Counted from the first letter of the stretch, positions 50,741 to 64,000 are shown. The stretch is 64,000 bases of DNA from Octopus sinensis (GCF_006345805.1 NC_043012.1:53134001-53198000); one strand, 5' to 3'. Notes: generated by a model not told the origin, from the sequence alone. Numbers and translations: made by a program.

Positions 50741-50786
50741 TATATATATTATATATATATATATATATAATATATATATATATATA

Positions 50787-51289
50787 TTGGGTTGTTCGGA
50801 AAGTTCGTGCCGACTTATAGCAGCTTACCTTTCGATTTATTTTAGAACATGGTTGAGTCAATAAAATAGGATTTGACTACACCTCCATTTAGAGCACAGT
50901 TTCTTGGAAGAAGGTGTATGTTCCTATAACCTGTGTTAATTCTGTAACCCTTTAAAATGAAAGATAAGGAAGTTCATTTTCGACACTTGATGCTTTGGGA
51001 ACCAGACAAATATTGCTGCAGCTCGGCTGGGACGTGTTACCCCACCCTCCGTATTCACCAGATATTCCTCCTTCGGATTTCCACTTATTCAGGTATCTGC
51101 AGAATAGTCTTAATGGTAAAAATTTCAATTCCTTGGATGACGTAAAAAGATACCTTCAAGTTAAAGGAAAGATGGAGACGCACTGTGCAACAAAATGTTT
51201 CATATCTGGTTGATTATAAATGTAATGGCAAGTATTTATTGACCCTTTTCTTTCCTTTAAAATTCGGCGAGAACTTTCCGAACAACGCA

Positions 51290-51290
<1 letters not shown>
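50787..51290 (+). mobile_element. Mariner deletion derivative (family of 5011-5499)
   Basis: TIRs in (TA)n. Keeps the start MKDKEVHFRHLML and PHPPYSPDIPPSDFHLF. Confidence 0.9.
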
Positions 51291-51327
<37 letters not shown>

Positions 51328-51385
51328 TATATAGAAGGAGCTTCTACAGGACTAGTACTGTTTCATTCAAGAGAAATCTTCAGGA

Positions 51386-51436
51386 AGCTTCCTGAAGATT
51401 TCTCTTGAATGAAACAGTACTAGTCCTGTAGAAGCT
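51386..51436 (+). ncRNA. Type I hammerhead ribozyme motif inside a perfect 132-bp palindrome (51322-51453)
   Basis: agcttc-CTGAAGA-t-ttc-tctt-gaa-t-GAAA-cag-tactagtc-ctg-T-A-gaagct. 6-bp stem I, 4-bp stem III, predicted cleavage after 51430. Mirrored on the minus strand. Confidence 0.7.
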
Positions 51437-51542
51437 CCTTCTATATAATAAATTAATTTTACTCTGCTATGTATTGAGTACCTTACTTACTGTGGTTAAC
51501 CCCGGACCAACCCGGGACCTACATATATATATATATATATAT

Positions 51543-51592
<50 letters not shown>

Positions 51593-51597
51593 TATAT

Positions 51598-51860
51598 CAC
51601 CATGATCAACGTGACCGACCAGGCTATCAGATGTTGCTACACATCGCTGGTCACAATGCGGTTCACATTGTTTTAGCCTTCAAATGACGCCACCCGCTGG
51701 CTAAGCGAGCAGGCCAACAGAAGAAAAAGTGAGAGAAAGTTGCGGTGAAAGAGTACAGCAGAGATCGCCACCACCCCTTGCCGGAGCCCGATCTGGGAGT
51801 CGAAACCGCGATCCTACGACCGCCAGTCCGCTGCCCAAACTACTGGGCCATTGTGCCTCC
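51598..51860 (-). mobile_element. tRNA-derived SINE
   Basis: Minus strand ggaggcacaatggcccagtag...ggtttcgactccc, with A and B boxes. Confidence 0.65.
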
Positions 51861-51875
51861 ACACACACACACACA

Positions 51876-51985
<110 letters not shown>

Positions 51986-52566
51986 CGACAATGACAAAAA
52001 TAGTGGAGTGACAGAGATGACATAACCCCAGAAATGACAACACACACACACACATTGTTGCACATTGCGGCCTCCTGACACTGCCAACACGGACCCCAAC
52101 TGTAAAGTCAGTAACTCGGGAAAGCCACAAGCCAGCTCAGCGAACCAACTTGCTTAGAGAGGAAAGAGTAGAAGTTATGGAAGTCAGAAGAGTTGATGAC
52201 AACAAACAAAACTGTTGAGTGTAAACAAAAGAAAAGAACTTTAATTAAGAGGCGAATAAAAATTTATGGAATATATTTCAATGAGATCTTTCATTTATCT
52301 TTAAAATGCGTAGAATAAGCTTCTTTTGGTGAGCTCTTCTTTTATTCAGCAGTCAAATGTTTTGTTTTCTTTTATCGTCTGGACTCTGTTACTTCCGAGT
52401 CACGTTTGTCCGGGAGTCAACTTTACACTCCGCGTTCTTTACGTTGCCAAGTTCACACAGACTATTTTTGAGCCAGTTCAAAACCGCCCTCCTCACAGCA
52501 AAGATGCCACAGTTCACATTAACCGACCGACATCCACCACCGTATCGAACCGACTTATCAACTGAG

Positions 52567-52820
52567 TAGACACCGCAGGAAATTGTTGCTGACAAACAAC
52601 CGCAGAAATTGTATTCACCTCAATAGACGTCATTGATTGGTTGAAATTGCCGAAATGCAAGAAATTTAACAACAAATAGCTTACAAACTACAGAATTTTC
52701 TCAAGAAAGCCAAGAGAAAAAGATGTTTTATGGAACACATTCTACCAGTATACGAAGTTTAAAAGTGTTTAGTTACCTAGAAATTATTTTTAAAATCTGT
52801 CGGTCAAAGTGAAAAGATCC
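52567..52820. mobile_element. One-armed GGATC MITE remnant flanked by duplicated TATCAACTGA
   Basis: Right TIR ...aaaagatcc is intact, left arm missing. Confidence 0.7.
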
Positions 52821-53410
52821 TATCAACTGACTCCAAACTGTCCCTCGATACCAACTACTGCGTCAACTGTTGTACACGAACTGCCCGGCACCAACTCACA
52901 TATCGACTCCCGGCACGGACTGCTCACATCGACTATCACTTAAACCGTTCACATTGATTGCCGGCACGGACCGCCGTAACCAACTGTTCACATAAATCTC
53001 TTACGTCAACTGCCGGCACTCACTCCGAACCAACCGTTTGACGCCAACTGCACACGTAGTCTACCGTTCACATCAACCACTGATGCCAACTTCCTGGTAC
53101 TCACTTCGAACCAACTGTCCGACACCAACTCACGAACGTCAACTGTCGCACATCGGCTCCCTCAAATTGACTCCAGGCACGGAGTTTATCCTGCAACAAC
53201 TACAAGAGTTGGACAAAAAGGGACAAAACAAGACAGAACAAGGAGACACATAGGGGGTCTGAGACTTGAAACGAATGATTAGCAATATGATTGATGATGT
53301 CACATGGTTAAAAATTAATGATAGTACACCGAATGATTTAACAATATGGGCGTGAAATGGTTTACGACCCCACCAACCACATCTCTACGCAGAACCGTTT
53401 AATTAACCTT

Positions 53411-54330
53411 TTACATTTTCGCTGAACCAGGCCCATTCACTCCCAGCATTCGATTCCCTTTCTTCCATCTTTTAATATATTTACTAGATGGCAGACATCT
53501 CCTCTCCAGTCGTACTTTCCTTCTTAGGTGGAAAATAAAGAAGTTTCTCAAAGCATGACCGGAGATGAAGGTGTCTGTCATAATACCTTTCACACGCGCC
53601 TTCCATGACATCTCGGATCTTTTCGGTTTGACCGGCAGTTTTTTCTAGCGGTTTCATATGAAATTGTCACCCATAATTATGACCCTAGTATCGATCAATT
53701 GCATTTCAATCTATTTTAGATTTAGGGTGAGTTAGGGGTAGTTAGCGTTAGGGTTAGGGGTGGGGGAAAGGGTATCTTTTTTCTTCATAAATGTAAATAA
53801 ACCCAATCTGTTTCTTAAACGAAGGACATATTCATACGGCACAGAATGTTTTCACCTCAATAGACGTCATTGATTGGGTGAAATTGCAGAAATTGAAGAA
53901 AAACAAACAACAAATATCTTACAAACTATAGAATTTTCTCAATAAAGCCAAGAGAAAAAGATGTTTTATAAACACATTCTACCAGTATATGAAGTTTAAA
54001 AGTGTTTAGTTACGTGGAAATTATTTTAAAAACTGCCGTTCAAACCGTAAAGATCCGACATCTCCTTCGCTATAGCCATTACGGTTAGAAAACAATTCTT
54101 CTTTTCTCTATTCAGAGAAGGCGGCGGAATGATCTTGATGATCGACTCGCTTGAGAGTTGTATGCTTCCTAATTGTGAAAAGCAGTTACTCGACATAAAC
54201 CCACAGTTCCGAGAGACTCGGACAATGCACGATTGCTTGCAGAAAAGCTTCATTGCTCTGCTCGCATCGTAGGCAAAACCGGACGCCGTGCTACTCCAGG
54301 TACAAAGTGCTGCCACGTGTTTACCCATAG
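53411..54330 (-). pseudogene. L1/Tx1-like LINE ORF2 C-terminal remnant split by a MITE
   Basis: CLRCEQSNEAFLQAIVHCPSLSELW (degenerate C-terminal zinc knuckle). Removing the MITE and one TSD restores AIAKEMS|WKARVKG in frame. Confidence 0.6.
53615..54056. mobile_element. GGATC MITE, short form, 8-bp TSD GACATCTC
   Basis: TIRs, TSD and TTAGGG-like core. Confidence 0.9.
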
Positions 54331-54544
54331 TGTTTGTAGTACCACAGCAAAAGCGCGCCAAACTGTCCATCTCGCTTTAAATAGTCACGTGATCAAAATG
54401 AATTACTTATCGTTAAGATTAATTTTTGATTTATCAACGTTTTCTCTAGCAAAACTTGAGAGCGGTGTTCTAATTCGCGTAGTGCGATCCGAAATTATAT
54501 TCAGATAATTTCTCGTTCGTAACTATACACACACACACACACAC

Positions 54545-54613
<69 letters not shown>

Positions 54614-54637
54614 TTTATATATATATATATATATATA

Positions 54638-55040
54638 GGCGCAGGAGTGGCTGTGTGGTAAATACCTTGCCTACCAACCACATGGTTCCGAGTTCAGTCC
54701 CACTGCGTGGCACCTTGGGCAAGTGTCTTCTACTATAGCCTCGGGCCGACCAAAGCCTTGTGAGTGGATATGGTAGACGGAAACTGAAAGAAGCTCGTCG
54801 TATATATGTATATATATATGTGTGCGTGTATGTTTGTGTGTCTGTGTTTGTCCCCTAGCATTGCTTGACAACCAATGCTGGTGTGTTTATGTCCCGTCAC
54901 TTAGCGGTTCGGCAAAAGAGACCGATAGAATAAGTACTGGGCTTACAAAGAATAAGTCCCGGGGTCGAGTTGCTCGACTAAAGGCGGTGCTCCAGCATGG
55001 CCGCAGTCAAATGACTGAAACAAGTAAAAGAGTAAAAGAG
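54638..55040 (+). mobile_element. SINE family B, full length
   Basis: High similarity to 32465-32912. Confidence 0.85.
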
Positions 55041-56780
55041 AATAGTGCACAGATGAGATCAAAAGATTCTCCGTATAGAAGACACTTAATAGTGCCCAAA
55101 AGATTCAAACTTAGACTCCGATGTCTTTACAGGGGATAATTGCAGAAGGTAAAGAAAGACACACACATAGACACGCACACACACACACACACGCACACAC
55201 ACACAGATATATACATATATACATATATGCCCGCGCGTGTATGTGTGTGCATTAATGTATGTATATGTGCGTGTGTGCTGGTGGTGCGAGTGTCTTTAAA
55301 TTTGTATTTTGTCCTCTACTTCCACTTGACAAACGGAGTGAGTTTGTTTACGTCCTCTTTACGTACCGGTTCAGCAAAAGAGGCCAACAACCTAAGCACC
55401 AGACGTGCACAATAAGTATCGGGGTCAATTTGTTGGACTAAATCCTTCAAGGCGGTGACCTGTCAGGGTCTCAGTCCAATGACTGACTGAAACCAGCGGA
55501 AGATAAATGATAAAAGAATAATTAAAATTGTTATTAGTCTAAGTTGAAAAAGACTTTGAAATTAATTTGACAACCCTGCGTATATATCCAATAGGTCGGC
55601 GTGTCTATAGGTTCAAACGTATTTACGCTTCGTTCTTTCTGTTTACATTCAATTCTGAAATGTCCATTCGCAGATTTGATAAATGGAAATTGGATCATAA
55701 AAATTAAAATTTATTTCAGATCCAGAACAATAAATATTCTCATAATTCTACTATCAAGAAAATTATGTCGTCTGACAGAGTTAAAGGTCAGGAAGATTTT
55801 GAAGTTTGAAAGCCCTGTATATATAAAACGGAATAATTTCGACATATCTCATATCAAATTCGAAAATTCTGATAGTATATAATTCGTGTCAAATATCAAA
55901 CTAAAATTTCCAAGTGGTTCTTCTAAAAATACCAGAATTAAAATATGACAAAGTTCTTAATTTATTCAAACCATTTCCTTTTATATCTCCATTTACACTA
56001 CCTTCTGAGAACACTGCATTGAAACGCTGAAACATAGTTATTTATACATAGAGATTATATTTGCTCTGATGTATGTCATAAAATATTTGCATCTTTATAT
56101 GCATGGCCGCGGCCTTCGGGCTAAAACATTTTTGAGGATTTAAGGATATGTATACACACGCACGCACACACACACACACACATACACACACACACATACA
56201 CACAAACACACACATATGTATATACATATTTATACGTGTGTGCAGACATACATAAATCAATAACACATAGCTATATGCACGCACATGGCCTAGAGGTTAG
56301 AGCAGCGAACTCGCGGTCAAGAGATCGTGGGTTCGTATCTCAGCCCGGCCAGTGTGTGTGTTTATGAGCGAAACACCTACGTTCCACGCGGCTCCGGTAG
56401 AAGGTAATGACGAAATTCTGCTGACTCTTTTGCCACAACTTTCTCTTACTCTTTCCTCCTGCATCTTACAGCTCACCTGCGACGGACCGGCATCCCGTCT
56501 AAGTGGGGAACTTGTTATACGCCAGGGAAACCGGCCCTATGAGCCAGGCGTGGCTCGAGAAGGAACAAACAATATTTAGTATGGAGCATTTTGAGTGTTT
56601 GAGTTATTTGGTTTTGCGTGTGTTTAGGTATATTTCTGAATGAGTATTTATTAGGAAGGCAGGTGTGTGAGGGATTCGAAGTTAATTCTATAGATAAATG
56701 TATCTTAGAAGTGTGATCGGTGTGGCGTTGAAGCTATATCATGTGTTTGTGAGTATGTGTGTATGTGTTTCTATATATGT

Positions 56781-56923
56781 AGGAGAGGCTGTGTGGTAAG
56801 TAGCTTGCTTACAAACCAAATGGTTCCGGGGTCAATCCCACTGTGTGGCATCTTGGGTGAGTGTCTTCTACTATAGCCTAGTGAGTGGATTTGGTAGACG
56901 GAAACTGAAAGAAGCCCGTCGTA

Positions 56924-57008
<85 letters not shown>

Positions 57009-57220
57009 ATGTGTTTGTGTGTCTGTATTTGTCCCCCCAACATCGCTTGACAACCGATGCTGGTGTGTTTACCGGTTCGGCAAAAGCGACCGATAGAATA
57101 AGTACTAGGCTTACAAAGAATAAGTCTTGGGGGTCGATTTGCTCGACTAAAGGCGGTGCTCCAGCATGGCCACAGTCACATGATTGAAACAAATAAAAGA
57201 GTAAAGAGAGAGTAAAGAGT
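56781..57220 (+). mobile_element. SINE family B, full length
   Basis: High similarity to 32465-32912, with a long internal (TA)(TG) tract. Confidence 0.85.
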
Positions 57221-57630
57221 ATATATGTCTGTGTGTATGCGTGTATGTATTAGTGGATGTATTTCTGCATATTTCTATGTACGTAATGTATGTATGCATG
57301 TATGTACGTATGTATGTGTTTCTGTATCTATCTGTGTGTTTGTGTGTATGTATTAGTGAATATGTTTCTATATGTTTTTGTGTATGTGTATATATGTTTT
57401 ACTGTATATGTTTTTGTGTATGTATGTATGTATGTATGTATGTATGTATGTATGTGTGTGTGTATGTGTTTCTGTATCACTGTGTGCAAGTGTTTCTGTA
57501 GCTGTCTGAGCGTATATGTGTACGCATGTGCGTATGTGGTTCTGTGTGCGTCTGTGTGCATGTGTTTATGTATGTGTTTCTCTATATATCTCTGGATATG
57601 TATGTGTGTACGTGTTTCTGTGTATGCTTG

Positions 57631-57664
<34 letters not shown>

Positions 57665-57783
57665 TTTATGCATGCATGTGTGAGTAAACTACAAATATAC
57701 ACGCACATTTGCATCAAAATACATTCACACTCCAATGATCTTGGCGTTAAATTCCACAGTTAGCTGTCACCTTTTGACATCAC

Positions 57784-57834
<51 letters not shown>

Positions 57835-57854
57835 TATACATATATATATATATT

Positions 57855-57901
<47 letters not shown>

Positions 57902-57905
57902 ATAC

Positions 57906-57959
<54 letters not shown>

Positions 57960-58534
57960 TCCTGATTAATCTACACAATTTCCATCTCTTCTAATTTCCA
58001 ATTTCCGATTCCCTAAGTAGTCACGCACATACATACGCACTCAAACCCATTAGCACATGCACTCATATATATATATATAGACATGCAGGCACAAGCATAC
58101 ATACACACAAGTACACTGACAGTAATCTTAAAAGGATTATCTCAAATTTAACTTGTAAAATAATCATTTATACGATTTGTTTCCGATCCACCTCTCATCC
58201 ATGTTATCAATAAATACACTGACACCCACACATGTACACACTTTATTGCCAGCATATTCACATATACGCATGCACACACATTATACATACATGCATACAT
58301 ACATGCATACATACATACATGCATACATACATAAATACATATGCACATACATACATACATACATACATTCATTCATACACACATACATACATACATATAT
58401 ACATACATGCATACACACATACATACTTACATACATACATACACACAGAAAACTACACATGAACTTATACACATATGCATATTCACATACACGCATACAC
58501 ACACGTTATACATACATGCATACATATATTTTAA

Positions 58535-58857
58535 AGACTCCGCCGGTTACGACGACGAGGGTCCCAGCTGATACGATCAACGGAACAGCTTGCTCGTGAA
58601 ATTAACGTGCAAATGGCTGAGCATTCCACAGACACGTGTACCCTTAACGTAGTTCTCGGGGATAATCAGCGTGACACAGAGAGTGACAAGGCTGACCCTT
58701 TGAAATACAAGTACAACTCATTTTTGCCAGCTGAGTGGACTGGAGCAACGTGAAATAAAGTGTCTTGCTCAAGGACACAACGCGTCGCCGGGAATCGAAC
58801 TCACAACCTTACGATCATGAGCCGAATGCCCTAACCACTAAGCCACGCGCCCTCACC
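58535..58857 (-). mobile_element. tRNA-derived SINE
   Basis: Minus strand gcgcgtggcttagtggttagggcattcggctcatgatcgtaaggttgtgagttcgattccc head. Confidence 0.8.
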
Positions 58858-58920
58858 ATACATATATACATTCATACACACACATACATTCATACACGCA
58901 TACATACATTCATAAATACA

Positions 58921-58954
<34 letters not shown>

Positions 58955-59469
58955 CATTCATACATACATACATACATGCATGCATGCATGCATACATACA
59001 TATATACATACATACATACAAACAGAAAACTAAACATATGAACATATACTTTAAAAACCCCACAGCGTATTAACACAAACATTTATAATCGCCATACTTA
59101 ATTTAAAAACAAAAACAAAACACAAACCCATAGTAAGCTAAAAATAAACAAACCTATAGTTATACACTTGATAATAAATCTCCCCACAGTCGATGAAACA
59201 CACATAAATACACACACACCCACACACACACACACACACGTTGTTTGTTAAAAGCGAGGCCTAGAAAATGCACTTTGTTTAGTCAGTAGATGCTTCAGGA
59301 ATTGATTAGCAACGAGGAATATCTCTCATGAATACATAAACATTTACAATTCTGGAGAGGTCGACTTTGCCATTCATCATTTCGGGGTCTTTAAGATAAG
59401 GTGAACTGCGGGGTCGATTTTAATCGACTTAGCCCCTTCCCTATACCTGCTGGCCTTTGTGCAGAAACA

Positions 59470-60046
59470 CGAGGGGGTATCCAAAAGAAACCGGAGTTTT
59501 GCTATATTATTTTATTCGCTTAGTTTTACATGTTTACACTTTTATCGCCTTCAAAATAGTCTCCATTTGAAGCAATGCATCGGTCCAGATGCGTTTTCCA
59601 CTGTTCGAAACTGTCCTGGAACTCTTGAGAAGTGATACCTTTTAACGCCTCCTTCGTTTTTTTCGTCTCTTCTTCCACGTCTGCAAATCCGCAGCACTTG
59701 CTTTCGTCACCAGGGATGACCTTCGAAAAAAGCTCCGGATCAAATTCCAACTGTTCTTTCAGTTTACGACACACATTCAGTCGTGTCTGCTTTTGCTCTT
59801 CCGTGAGCAAGCGAGGCCCAAATTTTGCTGCAGCTCTTTTCATTCTCAGTTCCTTGTTCGAAACTCGTTGGCAGGAGCTCAAAGGTACACTAGTCTGCAA
59901 ACTCGTCAACTGTTCGGCGACGGTACTCCAAGATCAGTTCATGAATTTCCATGATGTTTTCACTTGTTCGGAAGGTCAGCGGATGTCCGGAACGAGGCTG
60001 ATCTTCAATCGAGGAGTGACCATTCCTGAAGGGTGAAAACCACTGA
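59470..60046 (-). mobile_element. Mariner remnant with CGAGGGG-type TIR and an internal deletion after the first catalytic Asp
   Basis: AAKFGPRLL...VIPGDESK fused to FADVEE...QWKTHLDRCIASNGDYFEG. One TIR visible at about 59470. Confidence 0.8.
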
Positions 60047-60084
60047 AAAAATACTTATTAACACCAGTTTTCTTCTATCTATCA

Positions 60085-60148
<64 letters not shown>

Positions 60149-60602
60149 CTCTGTCTGTCTATCTATCTGTCTATCTATCCATCCATGCATCCATCCCATC
60201 CGTCCGTCTGTCTTTCTGTCTGTCTATCTATATATCTATCTATCTGTGTATATATAGGTATATATATATATATGTATATATATATGCTATTTATATATAT
60301 TATATTCATATATATATATATATATATATTGTAATATATTAGTTGTAATCAAGTACAACACCATTCAGTAGCACACAAGTGATGTGCATTATGATGTTTC
60401 CCAAATTCATTATCAGAATATAGGTGTTCATTATCTATGTTAATGCGTCTCTGTAACATCATTTCTATGTTGCACACGATATGACTAATGAATTTTTATC
60501 AATACTTCATCATTAATACTAACCGCGTCTCATGGGGTAAGCCTCCATTTTCCTTAATCAGCAACGGCTGATTTTGTCTTAGCATGCGTTTTCGATTGAA
60601 TA

Positions 60603-61879
60603 TCAGGCTGTGTTAAAAGTAAGCAACGTTTTGAAGTATGAAATTCATCACAATATATTTCAACAATGCAGAAATTTTATTCATTGAAGTGCCATTACAG
60701 TCAATTCTTTTGCCAACGAGTTACAAGTTTGTTTATTCTGGTTACATGAAAATCTGGTGTTATGGACCTGATGATCTCTCTGAGCGCACTTTCAGCATCG
60801 GTTTGATTTTTGAAGTCCTTCTCTCGCAGGAAGCCATCAAGGTGCTTGAGAAAGTGGTATTCGGTAGGAGAAGGGTATGGGGAATAAGCTGGGTGGGGAA
60901 GAAATTCGTAGCCAAGTTCCCTAAACTTCTAGGGCGTTATTAGCGAAACGTTTGGTCGAACATTGTCATGAATAATGATTGGCCCTCTTCAGTTGACCAG
61001 TCTGGGACAGAGGAGTAGCAGTTTTTCGTTCATTTTGGCAATTTCATGGCAATATGTTTCTGCAGTAATGGTTTTTCCAGGTTGTAAGATGTTATAGTGA
61101 TTGAGTCCAACAGTGCACCAACAAACAGTCACCATAACCTTCTTTTTGAAACGTTCCGGTTTAGGGAAGGATTTCAGTGCTTCATTTTGGTCCAACCACT
61201 GCGAAGAACGTTTTTTATTATTGTACGTATCCACTTTTCATCGCAAGTTACAATATAGTCGAGAAATGGATCGGTCTGGTTACGGAGGAGCGACGAGCAA
61301 ATTTCATATCTACGCATTTTCTGATTTTCATTCAAATCGTGTGGTACCCATTTGTCGAATCTCTTTTGATTTTCCGATCGCATACATATGGTTACAGGCA
61401 ATATTCTGGCTAACATGAAGTTCTTTTGCCAATTCTCGAGTGGTTTTACGTAGATCTTTCTCAATGACGGTCTTTAATTCACCGTCATCGATGACAGATG
61501 GGCGTCCACTACGCTCACGATCTTCAAGGCTCAAGTCTCCACTGCGAAATCGTTAAAATCATTTTCGAGCTGACCACTCACTGGTCTTTTCCTCAGCAAA
61601 CGTTCCGTTGATATCGCGAGCAATATCTGCTGCTTTACGTCCTTTTTTTAAAGTTGTATAGCAAAATTGTTCGAATATCGTGCTTTGACAGTTCCATTTC
61701 AGATGATTGTGACAACGGTGAAAAAAATATCAATGATAATTTATTGATGCATTTGGGCAATTCTATGTCTGTAGTATCAGACAATTGCAAAAAATATTTT
61801 TAATGAAATTCAAAACTCTGCAAAAATTATGTACAAATTCTTCAAGGTTCAAAACGTTGCTTACTTTTTCTCAGCCTGA
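60603..61879 (-). mobile_element. Full-length decayed mariner (1277 bp); transposase pseudogene at about 61697-60677
   Basis: TA|TCAGGCTG...CAGCCTGA|TA, ~33 bp TIRs. Motifs SLEDRERSGRP, WVPHDL, TCDEKW, HDN and YSP..SPTEYH, with stops and frameshifts. Confidence 0.93.
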
Positions 61880-62424
61880 TACTTTGGTATTCATGAAACT
61901 CAATAAAGTTGAAATTCCTATTTAGGAATACTGTCACTGTTGCTAAACGATTTTCGTCTTCTACCAATATATGTCATTTCTTTTTATTTTAACACTATTC
62001 ATCTATAAAAGATGCTTCTTACACTGAAGCTAAACGGAGGAATCCTAGATCAACGGTCAGGAGCAACCAAACTCTACCAAGGGTAACTGCAACGCTTCCG
62101 TAGGGGTCGCGTCCATGGTTGTGTAATCAGCTAATGAAAGATTCATCATGACACAAGCTCCCAATTCAAATTCATAAAAATGGAATTAGATGGCAACAGA
62201 GAGTCGTAGAAGTCCGCGAAAAGAGCGAAAAAAAAATCTGCTTCACATATGATACACAGATTGCTATCAGCCACTATATTGATATACTACGTTAGCGACA
62301 GCAGATGAAAATTAGAAAAAAAAATGTGTTTACGACTAGTCAAGTGGGGCCGAATAGTCAAGTCGAGCCGACCAAAGCCTTGTGAGTGGATTCGGTAGAC
62401 GGAAACTGAAAGAAGCCCGTCGTA

Positions 62425-62505
<81 letters not shown>

Positions 62506-63334
62506 TCTTATACATACATATATATATTTCTGCATGTGTATGTATATACATATACATACAGACACATACACATAATGTTAAGGCACAAATTACACATTCT
62601 ACGCTTGTTATTCACGTGAGCGAGATATTGGTCAGAATGGACACATAGTATGAGCGATGCTAAAGGATTTTCTGAAAAATAACTCTTCAACTTCAACATC
62701 CAGAATAGGTTAATCAAAGTTCCTAACGACACAAGAACTTTGTTTTGAGATATAAATATGGAGACAAAAAAGAAAAAAACAACAACAAATATATTCGTTT
62801 ATATGAAAGATACTAACAAACTTCAATCAATAACCTGCATGGAGATTGTTAATCGTGATAGATGTGTAAAATGTCAGAACTAAAACCAACCAATCAGAAC
62901 AGTATTTAAATTTTCCTCTGCGAAAGCACAACAAAAATAAATTTATGTAACAAAACAGACACTGATCAATAGTAGATGTATAAACAAATTATTAGACCAG
63001 GCTAGAAAGTAATAATATAATAGAAATAAATTCAACGCAATCAATAATACAACAGACAGAATATCTTTTATAAACAAACACATCGCATATAGAATGTGTA
63101 ACATAAATAAAACGAACCATTGCAACAGAAGAAAGATAAATATGTTACGTAAAAACCTCATAAATCTGATTATGAAAATTTGAAGAGATAGCTTCTGTGT
63201 GGTCCTACGACAGCTAGAAATAGCAATAAAAATTCCCTTAAATCTGCAGTATTTAAGAAAAGGAAAGGTCTCAGTAGGTAATCTAGTCCACTGAAAAAAA
63301 TCAAGACGGTGATGTCAGAATGCTATTGATAATG

Positions 63335-63682
63335 AGACCCCCTTCGGTCACGACACTGACCATGGGATTGTACCTAGAAAGTTACCGTCCGAGGTACAAG
63401 TCCGGGCAAGGAGGTTTATGGAAGACCAGAAGTCGCTCATGCATACCGGCCTCCCCTCTCTCTCTCTCTACACCTCAAGTATTATCCAAGGGAAAGGCAA
63501 AGGGCCCGATACAGCTTGGCACCTGTGACGTCGCTACTCATTTCTACAGCTGAGTGAACTGGAGCAGCAAAGTGAAATAAAGTCTTGCTCAAAAACACAA
63601 CACCCAGCCCGGCCCGAGATTCGAGCTCAGAACCTCACGATCGTAAGCTCGACGCTCTAACCACTGAGCCATACGCCTTCAC
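63335..63682 (-). mobile_element. tRNA-derived SINE family D copy
   Basis: Similar to 20700-21022. Confidence 0.7.
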
Positions 63683-64000
63683 ATTGATAATAGGGAGAAA
63701 CAACACTAATAGCAACAACAAAAACAACAGTCCATCGTAAATTGGATTCGACGCGAGTGAACCTCAACGTGGCCTTTTGATTCGCCAGAGCTAGTATCCA
63801 AAATTCATCGGTTCAAAACAACTTAAATTAAAAAGGATACACTAGATAATGCAGTCTATGATGTACAAAAATGTGGTATGGCCATGATAGGAACATCTAT
63901 GGTCATAAATCTTTTGAATCAGAAGTGACTGAGATTTAAATAACAACAACAACAACAGCAACAACTAAATTCACTATCTTCAGTTATTGCGCTATTTCGT

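Noticed and set aside
54375-54393. E-box plus TATA-like promoter driving ORF 54026-54370
   Set aside because: The ORF is a frameshifted LINE remnant that ends inside a MITE, and the motifs are short enough to arise by chance.
58780-58857. tRNA gene
   Set aside because: The tRNA-like head runs directly into a repeated SINE body. The same holds for the other tRNA-like heads.

Overview
AT-rich, microsatellite- and transposon-dense animal genomic DNA. The repeat families resemble those of octopods (inference). The only host gene I can support is the 5' end of COG1 on the minus strand: four GT-AG coding exons at 9259-9235, 3452-3368, 2817-2773 and 147-81, continuing off the left edge. The remaining ~55 kb is intergenic and made mostly of mobile DNA. 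DNA transposons: a near-intact IR/DR Tc1 (DD34E), several mariner copies and deletion derivatives, piggyBac-type MITEs, non-autonomous Helitrons, and about 10 copies of a GGATC...GATCC MITE with 8-9 bp TSDs, most with a telomere-like (TTAGGG)n core. Retroelements: two LTR elements with intact ends, PBS and TSD, a decayed Gypsy pol, LINE remnants and many tRNA-derived SINEs. The most notable signal is a set of short Penelope-like inserts, mostly in (TA)n tracts and often palindromic, carrying minimal hammerhead-ribozyme folds. Their 3:8 tertiary pair covaries across unrelated inserts (C-G, U-A, G-C). All calls were made by eye, without database searches.
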